64,000 nucleotides of DNA from the NCBI GenBank assembly GCA_046290225.1, contig JBKAGE010000075.1, forward strand, positions 128,001 to 192,000. Direction: 5' to 3'. Positions 47,300 to 57,457 of this stretch are shown piece by piece. How positions within the stretch are numbered: position 1 is the stretch's first letter; every line of letters starts with the position of its first letter. Position numbers and translations under genes: made by a program. Source of the stretch: Bradymonadia bacterium. GTDB lineage: Bacteria; Myxococcota_A; Bradymonadia; UBA7976; UBA1532. Below the pieces are notes generated by a model. That model was not told where the DNA came from and searched no databases. It saw nothing but the letters and a program-made list of their open reading frames with translations.

Positions 47300-48267
47300 A
47301 CGCACCTGTAGTGGAAGGCCGATTCCGCGGTGAGCGGGTGGCCCTGGTCTGGGGTGGCCTCTCCAATGAGCGGCAGGTGAGCGACTGGACCGCCCAGGCC
47401 GTGGAGAAGGCCCTGGTGGAGCGGGGCTACGAGGTGGTGAAGATCGACGCCGGCCGCGATCTGGCCCAGCGGCTCGCCGAAGTGCAGCCCGCGGTGGTGT
47501 TTCTGGCATTGCACGGCACCTATGGCGAAGACGGCCGTATCCAAGGCCTGCTGGACTGGATGGGGCTGCCCTATACCGGCGACGGGCTGTTGGCGAGCGC
47601 CCTGGCCATGGACAAAGGCATCGCCAAGCGACTGATGCGCGACGCTGGTGTGTCGGTGCTCCCCGACGTGGTGTGGCGCAAAGATCGCCCGCAGAGTGAT
47701 CGCCCCACGGTGGGCGCTCTGCCCTTTGATCTGCCTGTGGTGGTGAAGCCCATCGCCGACGGATCCAGCGTCGGGGTGTCCTTTGCCCAGACCGAGGCAG
47801 AGTTCGAGAAAGCGCTCGACGACTGTGAGGCGCATCCCGCAGTGCTGGTCGAGCCTCTCGTCCAGGGCACAGAGCTCTCGGTGGCGTGCCTCGGCAACAG
47901 GGCCCTCGGCGTGGTGGAGATCGCCCCCGAGCGCGTTTTCTACGACTACACCGCCAAATACCTCGGCGGGGGCACGGCCTATCACCTGCCACCGCGGGTG
48001 AGCGAAGAGGCGGCTCAGCAGGCCACGGCGCTGGGCTTCGAAGCGCACAGCGCCCTCGGTTGCTCCGGCTTGACCCGGACCGACATCATCCTCACCGCCG
48101 AGGGCATGGTGGTCCTCGAGGTGAACACGCTGCCGGGCATGACGCCGTCGAGCCTGGTGCCTAAGATCGCCAACGCCATCGGCCTCAGCTTCCCCGATCT
48201 CATCGAGGTGCTGCTCGACCGGGCTCAATATGCTCGGGAGCTGCAGGCGCCAGGAGGTGCATCGTGA
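47296..48267 (+). CDS. ddl: D-alanine--D-alanine ligase
   Basis: GGLSNERQVS, LHGTYGEDG, GSSVG, YDYTAKY and EVNTLPGMT motifs. Confidence 0.96.
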   Translation: MNAPVVEGRFRGERVALVWGGLSNERQVSDWTAQAVEKALVERGYEVVKIDAGRDLAQRLAEVQPAVVFLALHGTYGEDGRIQGLLDWMGLPYTGDGLLASALAMDKGIAKRLMRDAGVSVLPDVVWRKDRPQSDRPTVGALPFDLPVVVKPIADGSSVGVSFAQTEAEFEKALDDCEAHPAVLVEPLVQGTELSVACLGNRALGVVEIAPERVFYDYTAKYLGGGTAYHLPPRVSEEAAQQATALGFEAHSALGCSGLTRTDIILTAEGMVVLEVNTLPGMTPSSLVPKIANAIGLSFPDLIEVLLDRAQYARELQAPGGAS

Positions 48268-49226
48268 AGAGACGCGCGCGATCCACCGCCCAGACGCGGA
48301 AGGCGGGCCAGAAGACGGCTCGCAAGACCCCGAAGAGCAAGGCCAACCGCCGACAGCCGACGGGTGAGTACGCCGCCGCGGCACCCACGGGGGTACACCG
48401 CGCCGTGGCCGACACCCTTATGACCACCATCGCCCCGGCCCTGGAGCCGGTGAAGGTCCTGGTCATCGAAGGTGTGGGCCCCATCAAGGCCATGGTGAAG
48501 CCTGCAGTGGCCCTGATCGTCCTCGCGCTGCTCGGTTGGGTGGGTTGGAGCTATGCCAAGACCTCGGCATACTTCAACCTGAGGCAGATCCAGGCAGAGG
48601 CCACACCTCACCTGTCAGTGGAGATGGCGCTGCAGCTGACCGGCCTCGAGCAGCCTGTGAACGCCTTCGTCTTCGATCCCGAAGAGGCCCGACAGCAACT
48701 GCTGGGGGATCCGTGGGTGGCTGAAGCCGAGGTCGAGGTCAAGCTGCCCAACACCGTGACCCTGCTGTGGGCAGAGCGGAAGCCCGTGGCGGTCATCTTC
48801 CAGGGCGGCGCGCTTCACCTGGTCGATCACCTGGGCACCCCCTTCGTACAGGCCACCGCCGAAGAGGCTGGGGACCTGCCCCTCATCAGCGGCATGACGG
48901 CAGATACCTACGAGACCTCCCCCGAGGAAGCCCGAGGGCGGATCCGCGCAGCGCTGCGCTTGTATCAGCGCTACATGGAGACCCCCCTCGCGGCATCGCA
49001 CCCGCTGAGCAACGTGCACATCGGCATCGGGGATGATCTCGAGCTGATGCTCGGCCGCACCCGGGTGGCCCTGGGGAGCGGATCCTACGGAGAGAAGCTG
49101 TATCGACTGCAGGCGGTGTACGACACCCTCGACGAGCGCGGTATGGGCGCAGCGTACATTTTGATGGAGACCGACGGTGGCCGGGCCATCGTCAAGGAGA
49201 TCCCCCTCACTGGGGATGGGGCCTGA
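48264..49226 (+). CDS. ftsQ: Cell division protein FtsQ/DivIB
   Basis: Single TM helix, POTRA-like PWVAEAEVEVKLPNTV..ERKPVA; expected position in the cluster. Confidence 0.88.
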   Translation: MKRRARSTAQTRKAGQKTARKTPKSKANRRQPTGEYAAAAPTGVHRAVADTLMTTIAPALEPVKVLVIEGVGPIKAMVKPAVALIVLALLGWVGWSYAKTSAYFNLRQIQAEATPHLSVEMALQLTGLEQPVNAFVFDPEEARQQLLGDPWVAEAEVEVKLPNTVTLLWAERKPVAVIFQGGALHLVDHLGTPFVQATAEEAGDLPLISGMTADTYETSPEEARGRIRAALRLYQRYMETPLAASHPLSNVHIGIGDDLELMLGRTRVALGSGSYGEKLYRLQAVYDTLDERGMGAAYILMETDGGRAIVKEIPLTGDGA

Positions 49227-49240
49227 GGGCCCAGGGTAAG

Positions 49241-50488
49241 ATGAAGAACGACGCGATCATCGCGGGCCTCGACGTGGGCGCCCACAGCATCAAGTGTGTC
49301 GTCGCCGAGCTGAAGGCGGACGACACCGTGGAGATCCTGGGGACGGGGTGCCAGCCCTGCGCGGGCATCCGTGAGGGGCTGGTGCACGATCGGGATCTGC
49401 TCGCCCAGGCCATCCAGAAGACCGTCGACGAGGCGGGGCTCATGGCGGGCTGCGAGATTGGCAGCGTCTGGGTGGCGGTGAGCGGATCGCGGATGACCGG
49501 CCGCAAGAGCACGGGGCTGAGCCGCATCACCGGCGGGCGGGTGAACGCCCAGCATGTGGAACAGGCCCTCGATCTGGCTCAGGCGGTGAAGTTGCCCCCA
49601 GAGCACGCCATCATGCACGTCATTCCCCGGGGTTACTCCATTGACGAGGGCGGCTTCGTCGCCGCGCCCCACGGCATGCCCGGCGTGCGCCTCGAGGTCG
49701 ACGCCCATCTGATCGTGGGCCACACCGCCCTCACCGCCGAGATCGAGGCCAGTTGCGCCCAGGCCGGTATCGCCGTGGAGGATTTCGTCTATGCCCCCCT
49801 CGCAGCGGCAGAGTTCCTGCTCAAGCCCGAGGATCGCGAGCTGGGGGTGGTGCTCCTGGACATCGGCGGCAGCACCACCCACGTGGCGGTCTTCAAAGAG
49901 GGCGGCCTGCTCCATACATCCAACATCCCCGTGGGCGGAGAGCACGTCACCTCCGACGTCAGAGATTGTCTGCACACCCCCACCGTCGAGGCCGAGCGCC
50001 TGAAGCGGGACTGGGGCTGCGCCATGACCAGCCTCATCGAGCCCCAGGCAGAGATCGAGATCCCTGGCGCCGGCGGCAGACGCCCTCGGGTGGTGAAGCA
50101 GGCCATGCTCTGCGAGATCATCGAGGCCCGCGTGGCGGAGATCCTGGCCATCGTCGCCGATGATCTCGCCTCGGGCGGCTTCGTCGACGGGCTGCCCGGT
50201 GGGGTGGTCCTCACTGGTGGTGGGGCTGATATGAAAGGCGTGGTGGAGCTCACAGAAGACGTGCTGGGCATGCAGACCAGCGCCGGCGCCCCCCACGCGA
50301 TCACCGGCCTCGTGGATGTGGTGCGCAACCCGCGCTACGCCACTGGCAGCGGCCTGGTGAAGTGCGGCACGTTGACCACGCCCAAATGGGTGAACCCCCG
50401 ACGGCAGATCCAGACCCCTTCGTGGTGGCAGAAGACCCGCCAAAACTTACGGAAACTCTGGGGTGGGGGTTATAGTGAATCACGATAG
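49241..50488 (+). CDS. ftsA: Cell division protein FtsA
   Basis: GLDVG, LDIGGSTT, AERLK, IIEAR and VLTGGGA motifs; amphipathic C-terminal helix. Confidence 0.95.
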   Translation: MKNDAIIAGLDVGAHSIKCVVAELKADDTVEILGTGCQPCAGIREGLVHDRDLLAQAIQKTVDEAGLMAGCEIGSVWVAVSGSRMTGRKSTGLSRITGGRVNAQHVEQALDLAQAVKLPPEHAIMHVIPRGYSIDEGGFVAAPHGMPGVRLEVDAHLIVGHTALTAEIEASCAQAGIAVEDFVYAPLAAAEFLLKPEDRELGVVLLDIGGSTTHVAVFKEGGLLHTSNIPVGGEHVTSDVRDCLHTPTVEAERLKRDWGCAMTSLIEPQAEIEIPGAGGRRPRVVKQAMLCEIIEARVAEILAIVADDLASGGFVDGLPGGVVLTGGGADMKGVVELTEDVLGMQTSAGAPHAITGLVDVVRNPRYATGSGLVKCGTLTTPKWVNPRRQIQTPSWWQKTRQNLRKLWGGGYSESR

Positions 50489-50766
50489 GTCAACGATCCT
50501 TAACAGGATTCCAAAAGAGGTTGAAAACGCCTTGAAAAGCGGGGTCGAGCGAGCTAGCGTCCAGCGTCATGTCGAGGCGTTGGTGGCACGTTTCGGCTCC
50601 AATAAACTGAACCGGGAACAGTCCTTCGAGAGAACACATGCGCAACACTGTGGGGGCCCTTGCTCAAGGGCGTTCAGGTGACAGTGCATTGCGTACACGT
50701 GTGCTCGGGGGTTTGGATCCTCACGCCCACACGCACGGCCTGCGGGCAGATGGGAAGAGGCACTAG

Positions 50767-52269
50767 ATGAGCGGGATTTTCGAGTATGTCGCCCACTCGG
50801 GTGACGCGCGGCTCAAGGTGGTTGGCGTCGGTGGTGGCGGGGGGAACGCCGTCAACACGATGATCGACTCCGGACTCAAGGGCGTCGACTTCATCGTGGC
50901 CAACACCGATGGCCAGGCGTTGGAGTACAACTCTGCAGGCACCAAGCTGCAGATCGGCGCCACCTTCACCAAGGGTCTGGGTGCAGGGGCCAATCCCGAG
51001 ATCGGCGCCAAGGCTGCCCTTGAGGACGAGGGGCTCATCGCTGAAGCGCTTCACGGCGCCGACATGGTCTTCGTCACCGCCGGCATGGGCGGCGGCACCG
51101 GCACCGGTGCTGCGCCGGTCATCGCTCGAGTGGCCCGAGAGCAGGGCGCCCTCACCGTGGGTGTGGTCACCAAGCCCTTCCTCTTCGAGGGCAAGGCTCG
51201 CCGTCGTCGTGCCAAGGCCGGCATCGAGGCTCTCTCTGCCGAGGTCGACACCCTCATCGTGATCCCCAACCAGCGCCTGCTGGCCATCACCGATGAGCAG
51301 ACCACCATGCTCGACGCCTTCCGGCTCGCCGATCAGGTGCTCTACAACGCCGTGCAGGGCATCAGCGACTTGATCACCTACCACGGCATGGTGAACGTCG
51401 ACTTCGCCGACGTGCGCACCATCATGTCGAACCGCGGCCTCGCCCTCATGGGCAGCGGTCAGGCCAGCGGCCCTCGCCGTGCCCTTGAGGCCGCTCAGGC
51501 GGCCATCTCGAGCCCTCTGCTCGACGAGATCAGCATCGAAGGCGCCACGGGCATCTTGATCAACTTCACCGGCGGGGTCGACATGGCCCTCTCGGAGATC
51601 CACGAGGCCTCGAGCCTCATCGAAGATGCGGCTCACGAGGATGTGAACCTCATCTTCGGTGCCGTGGTGGACGAGAGCATGACCGACGAGATCAAGATCA
51701 CGGTCATCGCCACCGGCTTCGAAGAGCATCAGCCTGCTGACTTGTCATCCACGGGTGGCTCCAGCATGAACACCCGCACCCATGGTGGTCACCACCACGC
51801 GCCGTCGACCCATGACAGCGGTCGCAGCGCGCCGGTGCCCCCGATGGAGTCGCTCCCCCCTCAGGTGAGCGCCCCTGTGCAGCCTTCGATGACGCGCCAC
51901 AGCGAGATGAGCCCCCAGCACCACGAGCCTCGGGGTCACGATCACAACGCCACCAGCCGCCCCACCACGCGGCCCTCCACCCGTGATCGCATCCGCAACA
52001 CCACCCCGCCCCCTCGGGTGAACCAGGGGCCCTGGGATGAAGGCGACGTGCCCCCTCGGGTGAACGCCCGGGTGCGCAACACCCCCGTGCCCGGCAGCGA
52101 TCTGTCGACGCCGGCCATCAAGCGCCAGAAGAACCAGTCTGGCCGCTCGGTGGGCGAGGCCCCCACGGGCTCCGGCTTCTGGACCGAAGAAGACGAAGAC
52201 GTCGAGCTCAGCCGCGGCAACAACAAGGGCGGCAACAAGAGCTGGATGAAGAACCGCCGCGAAGACTGA
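50767..52269 (+). CDS. ftsZ: Cell division GTPase FtsZ
   Basis: [25 protein letters not shown] and VIATG motifs; long C-terminal tail. Confidence 0.98.
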   Translation: MSGIFEYVAHSGDARLKVVGVGGGGGNAVNTMIDSGLKGVDFIVANTDGQALEYNSAGTKLQIGATFTKGLGAGANPEIGAKAALEDEGLIAEALHGADMVFVTAGMGGGTGTGAAPVIARVAREQGALTVGVVTKPFLFEGKARRRRAKAGIEALSAEVDTLIVIPNQRLLAITDEQTTMLDAFRLADQVLYNAVQGISDLITYHGMVNVDFADVRTIMSNRGLALMGSGQASGPRRALEAAQAAISSPLLDEISIEGATGILINFTGGVDMALSEIHEASSLIEDAAHEDVNLIFGAVVDESMTDEIKITVIATGFEEHQPADLSSTGGSSMNTRTHGGHHHAPSTHDSGRSAPVPPMESLPPQVSAPVQPSMTRHSEMSPQHHEPRGHDHNATSRPTTRPSTRDRIRNTTPPPRVNQGPWDEGDVPPRVNARVRNTPVPGSDLSTPAIKRQKNQSGRSVGEAPTGSGFWTEEDEDVELSRGNNKGGNKSWMKNRRED

Positions 52270-52320
52270 ACGCTGTCCGCCTCCCACGACCCTCCCTCGA
52301 GAACCCCATCAGATTGCCGC

Positions 52321-52351
52321 TTGACCTGAAGTGTACTTCAGGGGTGAATAC
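52321..52351 (+). promoter_or_regulatory. MerR-family (SoxR-box-like) operator overlapping a -35 element
   Basis: TTGACC overlaps the palindrome CCTGAAGT-GT-ACTTCAGG (52325-52342). The -10 element is weak. Confidence 0.55.
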
Positions 52352-52415
52352 CCCCTCCAAAGCACCGGTCCACCCCCAGCACTTGGGGGCGCACCCCGGA
52401 TACCCTGGAGGATAC

Positions 52416-53084
52416 ATGAAGCGTTTGGGGTTCTCGTTGACCATCGTGGCACTCGCAGCCATGGCCATGACCACCTCTGCCCACGCGGGCCGCAAGAAGA
52501 AGAAGGCCAAGTCTGCGCCAGCGGAGATCGTGGTCAACAACACCTGTAAAGAGGCCGTCGAGCTGAGCGTCGCCGGTACGGCCATCAAGGTCGACGGTGG
52601 GGCCACCAGCGCCGCCGTGAGCGTCATGGCCAAGGCCGACGAGCCCGTGCAGGAGGTCAAGGTGAAGGACACCTTGCTCGCCCGCATGGTGGTCAAGGGC
52701 GAGCAGAAGTACACCATCAAGATCGCCAACTGCCAGGGCGGCAATGCCGACGTCTTCACCCAGTGGACCTCGGCCAAGGCTTCGGACTCACCGCACGCCA
52801 TGGCTCAGGTGCGTTTCCGGGCTCGCGCGCGGAAGATCTTCGAGGTCATGGGGGGCCAGAAGGGCAGATTTAAGCCCCTCTCCGTCGCCGTGACCAAGTA
52901 CCAGGATGCTCAGCCCGGGGAGTTCCCCTTCGGCGTGCGCATGCGCATGGCCCGCCGGGGTCCCATCGTGGCCAACGTGAAGAAGAACGTCGCCCTCGAG
53001 GCGGGGCGCAAGTACCTCATCGAGGTCGATGCCGTCGGTCGCGATCTGTTCTTCAGCGTTGAGGACGAGGGCCTGGTGGAGTAA
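52416..53084 (+). CDS. Secreted, basic, beta-rich hypothetical protein
   Basis: GGAGG ribosome-binding site; signal peptide ending AHA; two Cys; Lys/Val-rich. Confidence 0.8.
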   Translation: MKRLGFSLTIVALAAMAMTTSAHAGRKKKKAKSAPAEIVVNNTCKEAVELSVAGTAIKVDGGATSAAVSVMAKADEPVQEVKVKDTLLARMVVKGEQKYTIKIANCQGGNADVFTQWTSAKASDSPHAMAQVRFRARARKIFEVMGGQKGRFKPLSVAVTKYQDAQPGEFPFGVRMRMARRGPIVANVKKNVALEAGRKYLIEVDAVGRDLFFSVEDEGLVE

Positions 53085-53700
53085 CGCGCCGAGGCGCGAT
53101 CTTCACATACACACCTGCAGAGCGCTCCGAGATCGCCCGAGCGCTCACACCCTGAATCACATACTGATGTCGACCCGGCCCCGGTGTATCGGTGGCCGTT
53201 GATGTCTCCGCCGCCACCTCGGCGACGAGGTGTCCGTTGCGCAAAATGCGGACGTGCGTCGCCCGCTCAGGGGGCAGCCAGGTGATCTCCACCACCCCCT
53301 TGGCACCCACAAAGGCCAGGGGGGCCTCAGGGGCCTTGGGCACTGCCCCACGTTGAAGCGTTGTCGCTGGCCCCGCCTCACTCAGCAGGGGGCCACGTGA
53401 CACGCGGCTCTGAACCACCACCGGGAGCGCGCCGGGCCAGGACACCCACTGCCCTGCCGGCCCCCTCCAGAGCGCAGAGCCGCTGCACGCCCCGTGATCG
53501 CTGCGGAACACGTGGGCCACGGCCTCTGTGCGGGCGTCTTCGCCCACAAGGGGCACTCGAATCTCTACGCCATCAGGGGTGGTGCGGAGCTGGACTGGGC
53601 CAGGGGAGGCAGGGGGAGGCGGCCCGGGCGGTCGAGGACGACCCGCCACGCCACAGGCGGTGAGGGCGGACATCAGCGCCAGGGCGGCCAGGGGTTTCAC
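53053..53700 (-). CDS. Lipoprotein with FN3-like C-terminal domain
   Basis: GTG start 4 nt after the argH stop; lipobox LTA-CGVAGRPRPP; VEITW...ILRNG...HQYVI. Confidence 0.7.
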   Translation of the reverse strand: MKPLAALALMSALTACGVAGRPRPPGPPPPASPGPVQLRTTPDGVEIRVPLVGEDARTEAVAHVFRSDHGACSGSALWRGPAGQWVSWPGALPVVVQSRVSRGPLLSEAGPATTLQRGAVPKAPEAPLAFVGAKGVVEITWLPPERATHVRILRNGHLVAEVAAETSTATDTPGPGRHQYVIQGVSARAISERSAGVYVKIAPRRVTPPGPRPQR

Positions 53701-53704
53701 ATCG

Positions 53705-55120
53705 TCACCGAGGGCCCTGGTCGTCGCCTCGGCGGGCCTGCAGGCGGGCCCGGGCCACGGCGAGTGCCGCTTGCACGCGGGCAGGGGCCGTACCCCCTTC
53801 GCTGGTGCGGGCGGCAACGCTGGCTTCTACGGTGACCGCAGTGAGGATGTCGGCCTCGAAGACCTCGGAGAAGCCCTTGAACTCTTCGAGGGAGAGGCTC
53901 TCCAGGGTGCGGTCTTCGACGATGCACCAGCGTACGAGGCGACCCACGACGTGGTGGGCATCTCTAAAGGGCATGTCGTGGTTGGCGAGGTAGTCGGCCA
54001 CGTCGGTGGCGGTGACAAAGCCTGCGGCGCAGGCCGCCCGCATGCGATCTGCCCGCACCGTGGTGGCCGGGAGCATGCGGGCCATGGCCACAACGCAATC
54101 ACGGGTGGTGTCCACACCGTCGAACAAGGCCTCTTTGTCTTCCTGGAGATCCTTGTTGTAGGCCAGAGGCAGCCCCTTGAGCACCGTGAGCAGCGCCATC
54201 AGATCGCCGATCACCCGGCCGCTCTTGCCGCGGCAGAGCTCGGGGATGTCGGGGTTCTTCTTCTGGGGCATGATGCTCGAGCCCGTGGCGAAGGCGTCGC
54301 CGAGCTCGACGAAGCCGAACTCCTGGCTCGACCAGATCACCAGCTCTTCCGAGAGGCGGGAGAGGTGGATCATGATCAGAGAGAGGGCGGAGAGACACTC
54401 CACGGCGAAGTCGCGATCAGCCACGGCATCGAGACTGTTGGCCATGGGCGCAGTAAAGCCCAGAGCCGCTGCCGTGGCCTGGCGATCGATGGGGAAGGGG
54501 GTGCCGGCGAGGGCGGCGCTGCCGAGGGGGCTGTACGCCGTGCGAGCGCGGCAGTCCACCAGCCGGCCTCGATCGCGCTCGAACATCTCCACATAGGCCA
54601 GCAGGTGGTGCCCCAGGAGCACGGGCTGAGCCCGCTGAAGGTGGGTGTACCCCGGCAAGATCGCCTCGCCGTCCCGCTCAGCCACCACGAGCAGGGCGTC
54701 GATGAGGCCGTCGAGCTCCGAGAGCAGGCTGTCGATGGCCTTCATCTGCCAGAGTCGCAGATCCGTGGCCACCTGATCGTTCCGGCTGCGGGCGGTGTGC
54801 AGGCGACCGCCGGCACCTCCGATGGCCTCCGTGAGGCGGCGCTCGATGTTCATGTGTACATCTTCGAGGGCCACGGACCACTCGAAGCGCTTGCCCTCGA
54901 TGTCGCCGAGGACCTCAGCGAGGCCGGCGTCGATGGCGGCGGCGTCTTCCGCCGACAAGATGCCCTGAGCGGCGAGCATCTGGGCGTGGGCTCTCGAGCC
55001 GGCGATGTCTTCGGCGAAGAGGCGCTGGTCGAAGGCCACCGAGGCGTTCAGGCGCTCGACGAAGGCGTCGGTGGGCTCGTCGAAGCGACCCCCCCAGGGC
55101 TTTTTCTGATCGTCACTCAT
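53705..55120 (-). CDS. argH: Argininosuccinate lyase
   Basis: WGGRF, HTARSRNDQVATD, GYTHLQ, GSSIMPQKKNPD and YNKDLQEDKE motifs. Confidence 0.98.
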   Translation of the reverse strand: MSDDQKKPWGGRFDEPTDAFVERLNASVAFDQRLFAEDIAGSRAHAQMLAAQGILSAEDAAAIDAGLAEVLGDIEGKRFEWSVALEDVHMNIERRLTEAIGGAGGRLHTARSRNDQVATDLRLWQMKAIDSLLSELDGLIDALLVVAERDGEAILPGYTHLQRAQPVLLGHHLLAYVEMFERDRGRLVDCRARTAYSPLGSAALAGTPFPIDRQATAAALGFTAPMANSLDAVADRDFAVECLSALSLIMIHLSRLSEELVIWSSQEFGFVELGDAFATGSSIMPQKKNPDIPELCRGKSGRVIGDLMALLTVLKGLPLAYNKDLQEDKEALFDGVDTTRDCVVAMARMLPATTVRADRMRAACAAGFVTATDVADYLANHDMPFRDAHHVVGRLVRWCIVEDRTLESLSLEEFKGFSEVFEADILTAVTVEASVAARTSEGGTAPARVQAALAVARARLQARRGDDQGPR

Positions 55121-55234
55121 GGGCTCACGTCGGGGTGTGGGCGGTGAGGTGCGTTCTGAGCTGTAGCTGCTGAGCGCTCTGCATTGTGCAGAGTACACAA
55201 CTGTGTCCGAAACCGAGAGCCGGTTTCGGGTGCT

Positions 55235-57370
55235 CTAGAACTCGATGCCCAGGTTCATCTGGATGGTCTGTGCTGCAGAGGGCTCTGCGAGCACGTTGGC
55301 GTCGCTCGCGGGCACGCCGCGGAGCAGATCTTGCGGATCGAGCAGGTCGAAGCCACTGAAGGGGAACATCAGGCCGTAGGCGAGGGACCACCGGAAGCGG
55401 TCCACCTCGGTGATGTAGAACTCGAGGTCGAACTCGAGGCCCAGGGGGCGGCTCTGACCTGGGGTGGCGTCAGGGTCGAGGGCGAAGGCGTACATCGCCC
55501 CGAGGCTGAAGCCCCAGAACTCCTTGAGCTCGGGCTCGTAGACGAAGTCGTACTGCAGGTAGGGCTTGAAGTACGCGGCGTTGGTCACCGAGCCGATGAT
55601 CTCCCGGAACAGGATCAGGTCGACGATGTAGTCACGATCGAACAAGAAGGCGTTCATGCTGTCGTCGCGCAGATCGTTCACGTCGACGCTGGCGTCGTCG
55701 AGCACCCCGAAGCCGATGGGGCGATCGTCACCGGAGGCCGCGCCGTGGCGGATGCCCCACTGGAACTTCTTGATGCGGTGATCGAACTCGAGGGCGTAAC
55801 CCCACTGCTGGATGTTGCGCTCTCGGGGCTGCACCACCTGATCGGAGGGGCAGTCGTCGATGTTGGCAGTGTCGATGGTGTTGTCGAGGCACTCCTGGCG
55901 ATCGCGACGGAGCAACACCTCGTTGGGGTACTCGGTGATCTGACCCAGGTTCAGGGCCCCTTCGAACTCGAGGCGGTAGCTCACCCCGGGCTTGGGGTTG
56001 TACTGGTACTTGAGCCAGACGTCGGGGGTGTACATGAAGGCCTTGACGTCACGCAGGGTGTTCTGGCCCTCGTCGGGGTTGCTCAGCTCGCTGGTGAGGC
56101 CCTGGCGGCGGATGATGTTGAGCACACCCCAGTCGAAGGTGCTCTTGCGCTCCACGTTGAGGGCCCGGTTGCGCACCTCTTTCTCGCTGCGGCTCAGGGG
56201 CTTGTTGAACAGCGCCACCGTCCACTGGAAGGCGTCGTCCCGGTTGTCGAGGTCGAAGGGCTGGCCCTGCTGCTGGTTGTCGTAGTTGTCCAGCCCCGAG
56301 AACGAGGTGGCGCCCTCGGCAGGGAAGTCCCACGACAGCGACAGGTAGGTGTCGAACAGGTTGGCCACCGCCATGATGGTGTCGACGTTGTCGCCGTAGT
56401 TGCAGTCGAGGCAGTACCCGTTGTTCCACATCATGCCCAGACCCCAGTGCCTCGGGGTACGGCCCACGAGCACGGTGCCCAGGGGGTTCACCCACTCGCC
56501 CCAGAGCTGCTTCACCTGCACGTCGTCCCGGCCGTCGTACTCGCGATCGATGGGGCGCTGGTTGTCGCTGGTGAACTCGATGGGGGCGTCGGCCCGCAGC
56601 GGGCGCCCGTAGCGGGTGCCGCCATCGGGGGTGCTGCCGAGGACCAGGTTGTCCATGATGTCGATGACGGTGTTGATGCGCAGCGTCTTCGACACGTGGA
56701 TGGTGGGCATGTACCGCAGGCGCATGTTGGCCCCGGCCTGGCTGTTGGCCCCCTGGTTGTAGCTCGCCTCTTCGTCACCGGGCTGGCCATTGGTCTGGTC
56801 GGCCTCTTCGGTGAGGGGGGGCGGCACCGGGGAGCTCGACAGGCTGAGATCGCGCCGGTAGGTGCCCAGATCGAAGTTGTGGAACAGATCGGCTCGGACT
56901 CGCAGGTAGCCGTGGTGCTCGATCCAGGGGTAGCTCACCTCAGCGTCGGGGCTGGTGGCGGCGTTCCAGTCGGGTTGCATCTGCACGTCGGGCCCGCCGA
57001 AGGCCGGCGTGGGCTCGATGCCGTCGATGGCTCCCCAGGGAGAAGAGGGCGCCTTCGCAGGCGTCTTCGCACCTGCTTTTGCCTTCTTCTGGTTCGCACC
57101 GGGGGTGGTGGTCTTCTTGAGATTCGGGCCCTCGGAAGAGGTCTTCGAGTCGCCTTTGTCGGCGCTCCCCGAGGCGGCGCTCTCGTCCGCAGGATCTTCG
57201 TCAGGCTCCGGGCCCGCTTGGGCCAGGGCGCTCTCGGCGATCAGCATCTGACCACAGAGCACAGTCATGCCAGCCCACACAGCAGCTCGAAACAAGGGGG
57301 TCCTCCATGAGGTGGGGCGCCGCTGACGCCAGGACCGGAGGCGATTAACACGGGCCACCGGTGACGTCAA
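55235..57370 (-). CDS. TIGR04551-like outer-membrane beta-barrel protein
   Basis: HGYLRVRADLFHNFDLG, GRTPRHWGLGM..N.G.CLDC, FDRDYIVDLILFREIIG, terminal GIEF. Family recognised from memory; start uncertain. Confidence 0.7.
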   Translation of the reverse strand: MTSPVARVNRLRSWRQRRPTSWRTPLFRAAVWAGMTVLCGQMLIAESALAQAGPEPDEDPADESAASGSADKGDSKTSSEGPNLKKTTTPGANQKKAKAGAKTPAKAPSSPWGAIDGIEPTPAFGGPDVQMQPDWNAATSPDAEVSYPWIEHHGYLRVRADLFHNFDLGTYRRDLSLSSSPVPPPLTEEADQTNGQPGDEEASYNQGANSQAGANMRLRYMPTIHVSKTLRINTVIDIMDNLVLGSTPDGGTRYGRPLRADAPIEFTSDNQRPIDREYDGRDDVQVKQLWGEWVNPLGTVLVGRTPRHWGLGMMWNNGYCLDCNYGDNVDTIMAVANLFDTYLSLSWDFPAEGATSFSGLDNYDNQQQGQPFDLDNRDDAFQWTVALFNKPLSRSEKEVRNRALNVERKSTFDWGVLNIIRRQGLTSELSNPDEGQNTLRDVKAFMYTPDVWLKYQYNPKPGVSYRLEFEGALNLGQITEYPNEVLLRRDRQECLDNTIDTANIDDCPSDQVVQPRERNIQQWGYALEFDHRIKKFQWGIRHGAASGDDRPIGFGVLDDASVDVNDLRDDSMNAFLFDRDYIVDLILFREIIGSVTNAAYFKPYLQYDFVYEPELKEFWGFSLGAMYAFALDPDATPGQSRPLGLEFDLEFYITEVDRFRWSLAYGLMFPFSGFDLLDPQDLLRGVPASDANVLAEPSAAQTIQMNLGIEF

Positions 57371-57457
57371 TCGTCAGCACCACTCTGAGAGCTGCGCGCT
57401 GACGGTGAAATGGAGGTCAGACGCCGTACATGGCTCGGCATTCTGACGATTTGGGCC

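Noticed and set aside
50489..50766. Small ORF or ncRNA in the ftsA-ftsZ spacer
   Set aside because: Only a short TTGAAAA direct repeat and one small hairpin; most simply an ftsZ promoter and leader region.
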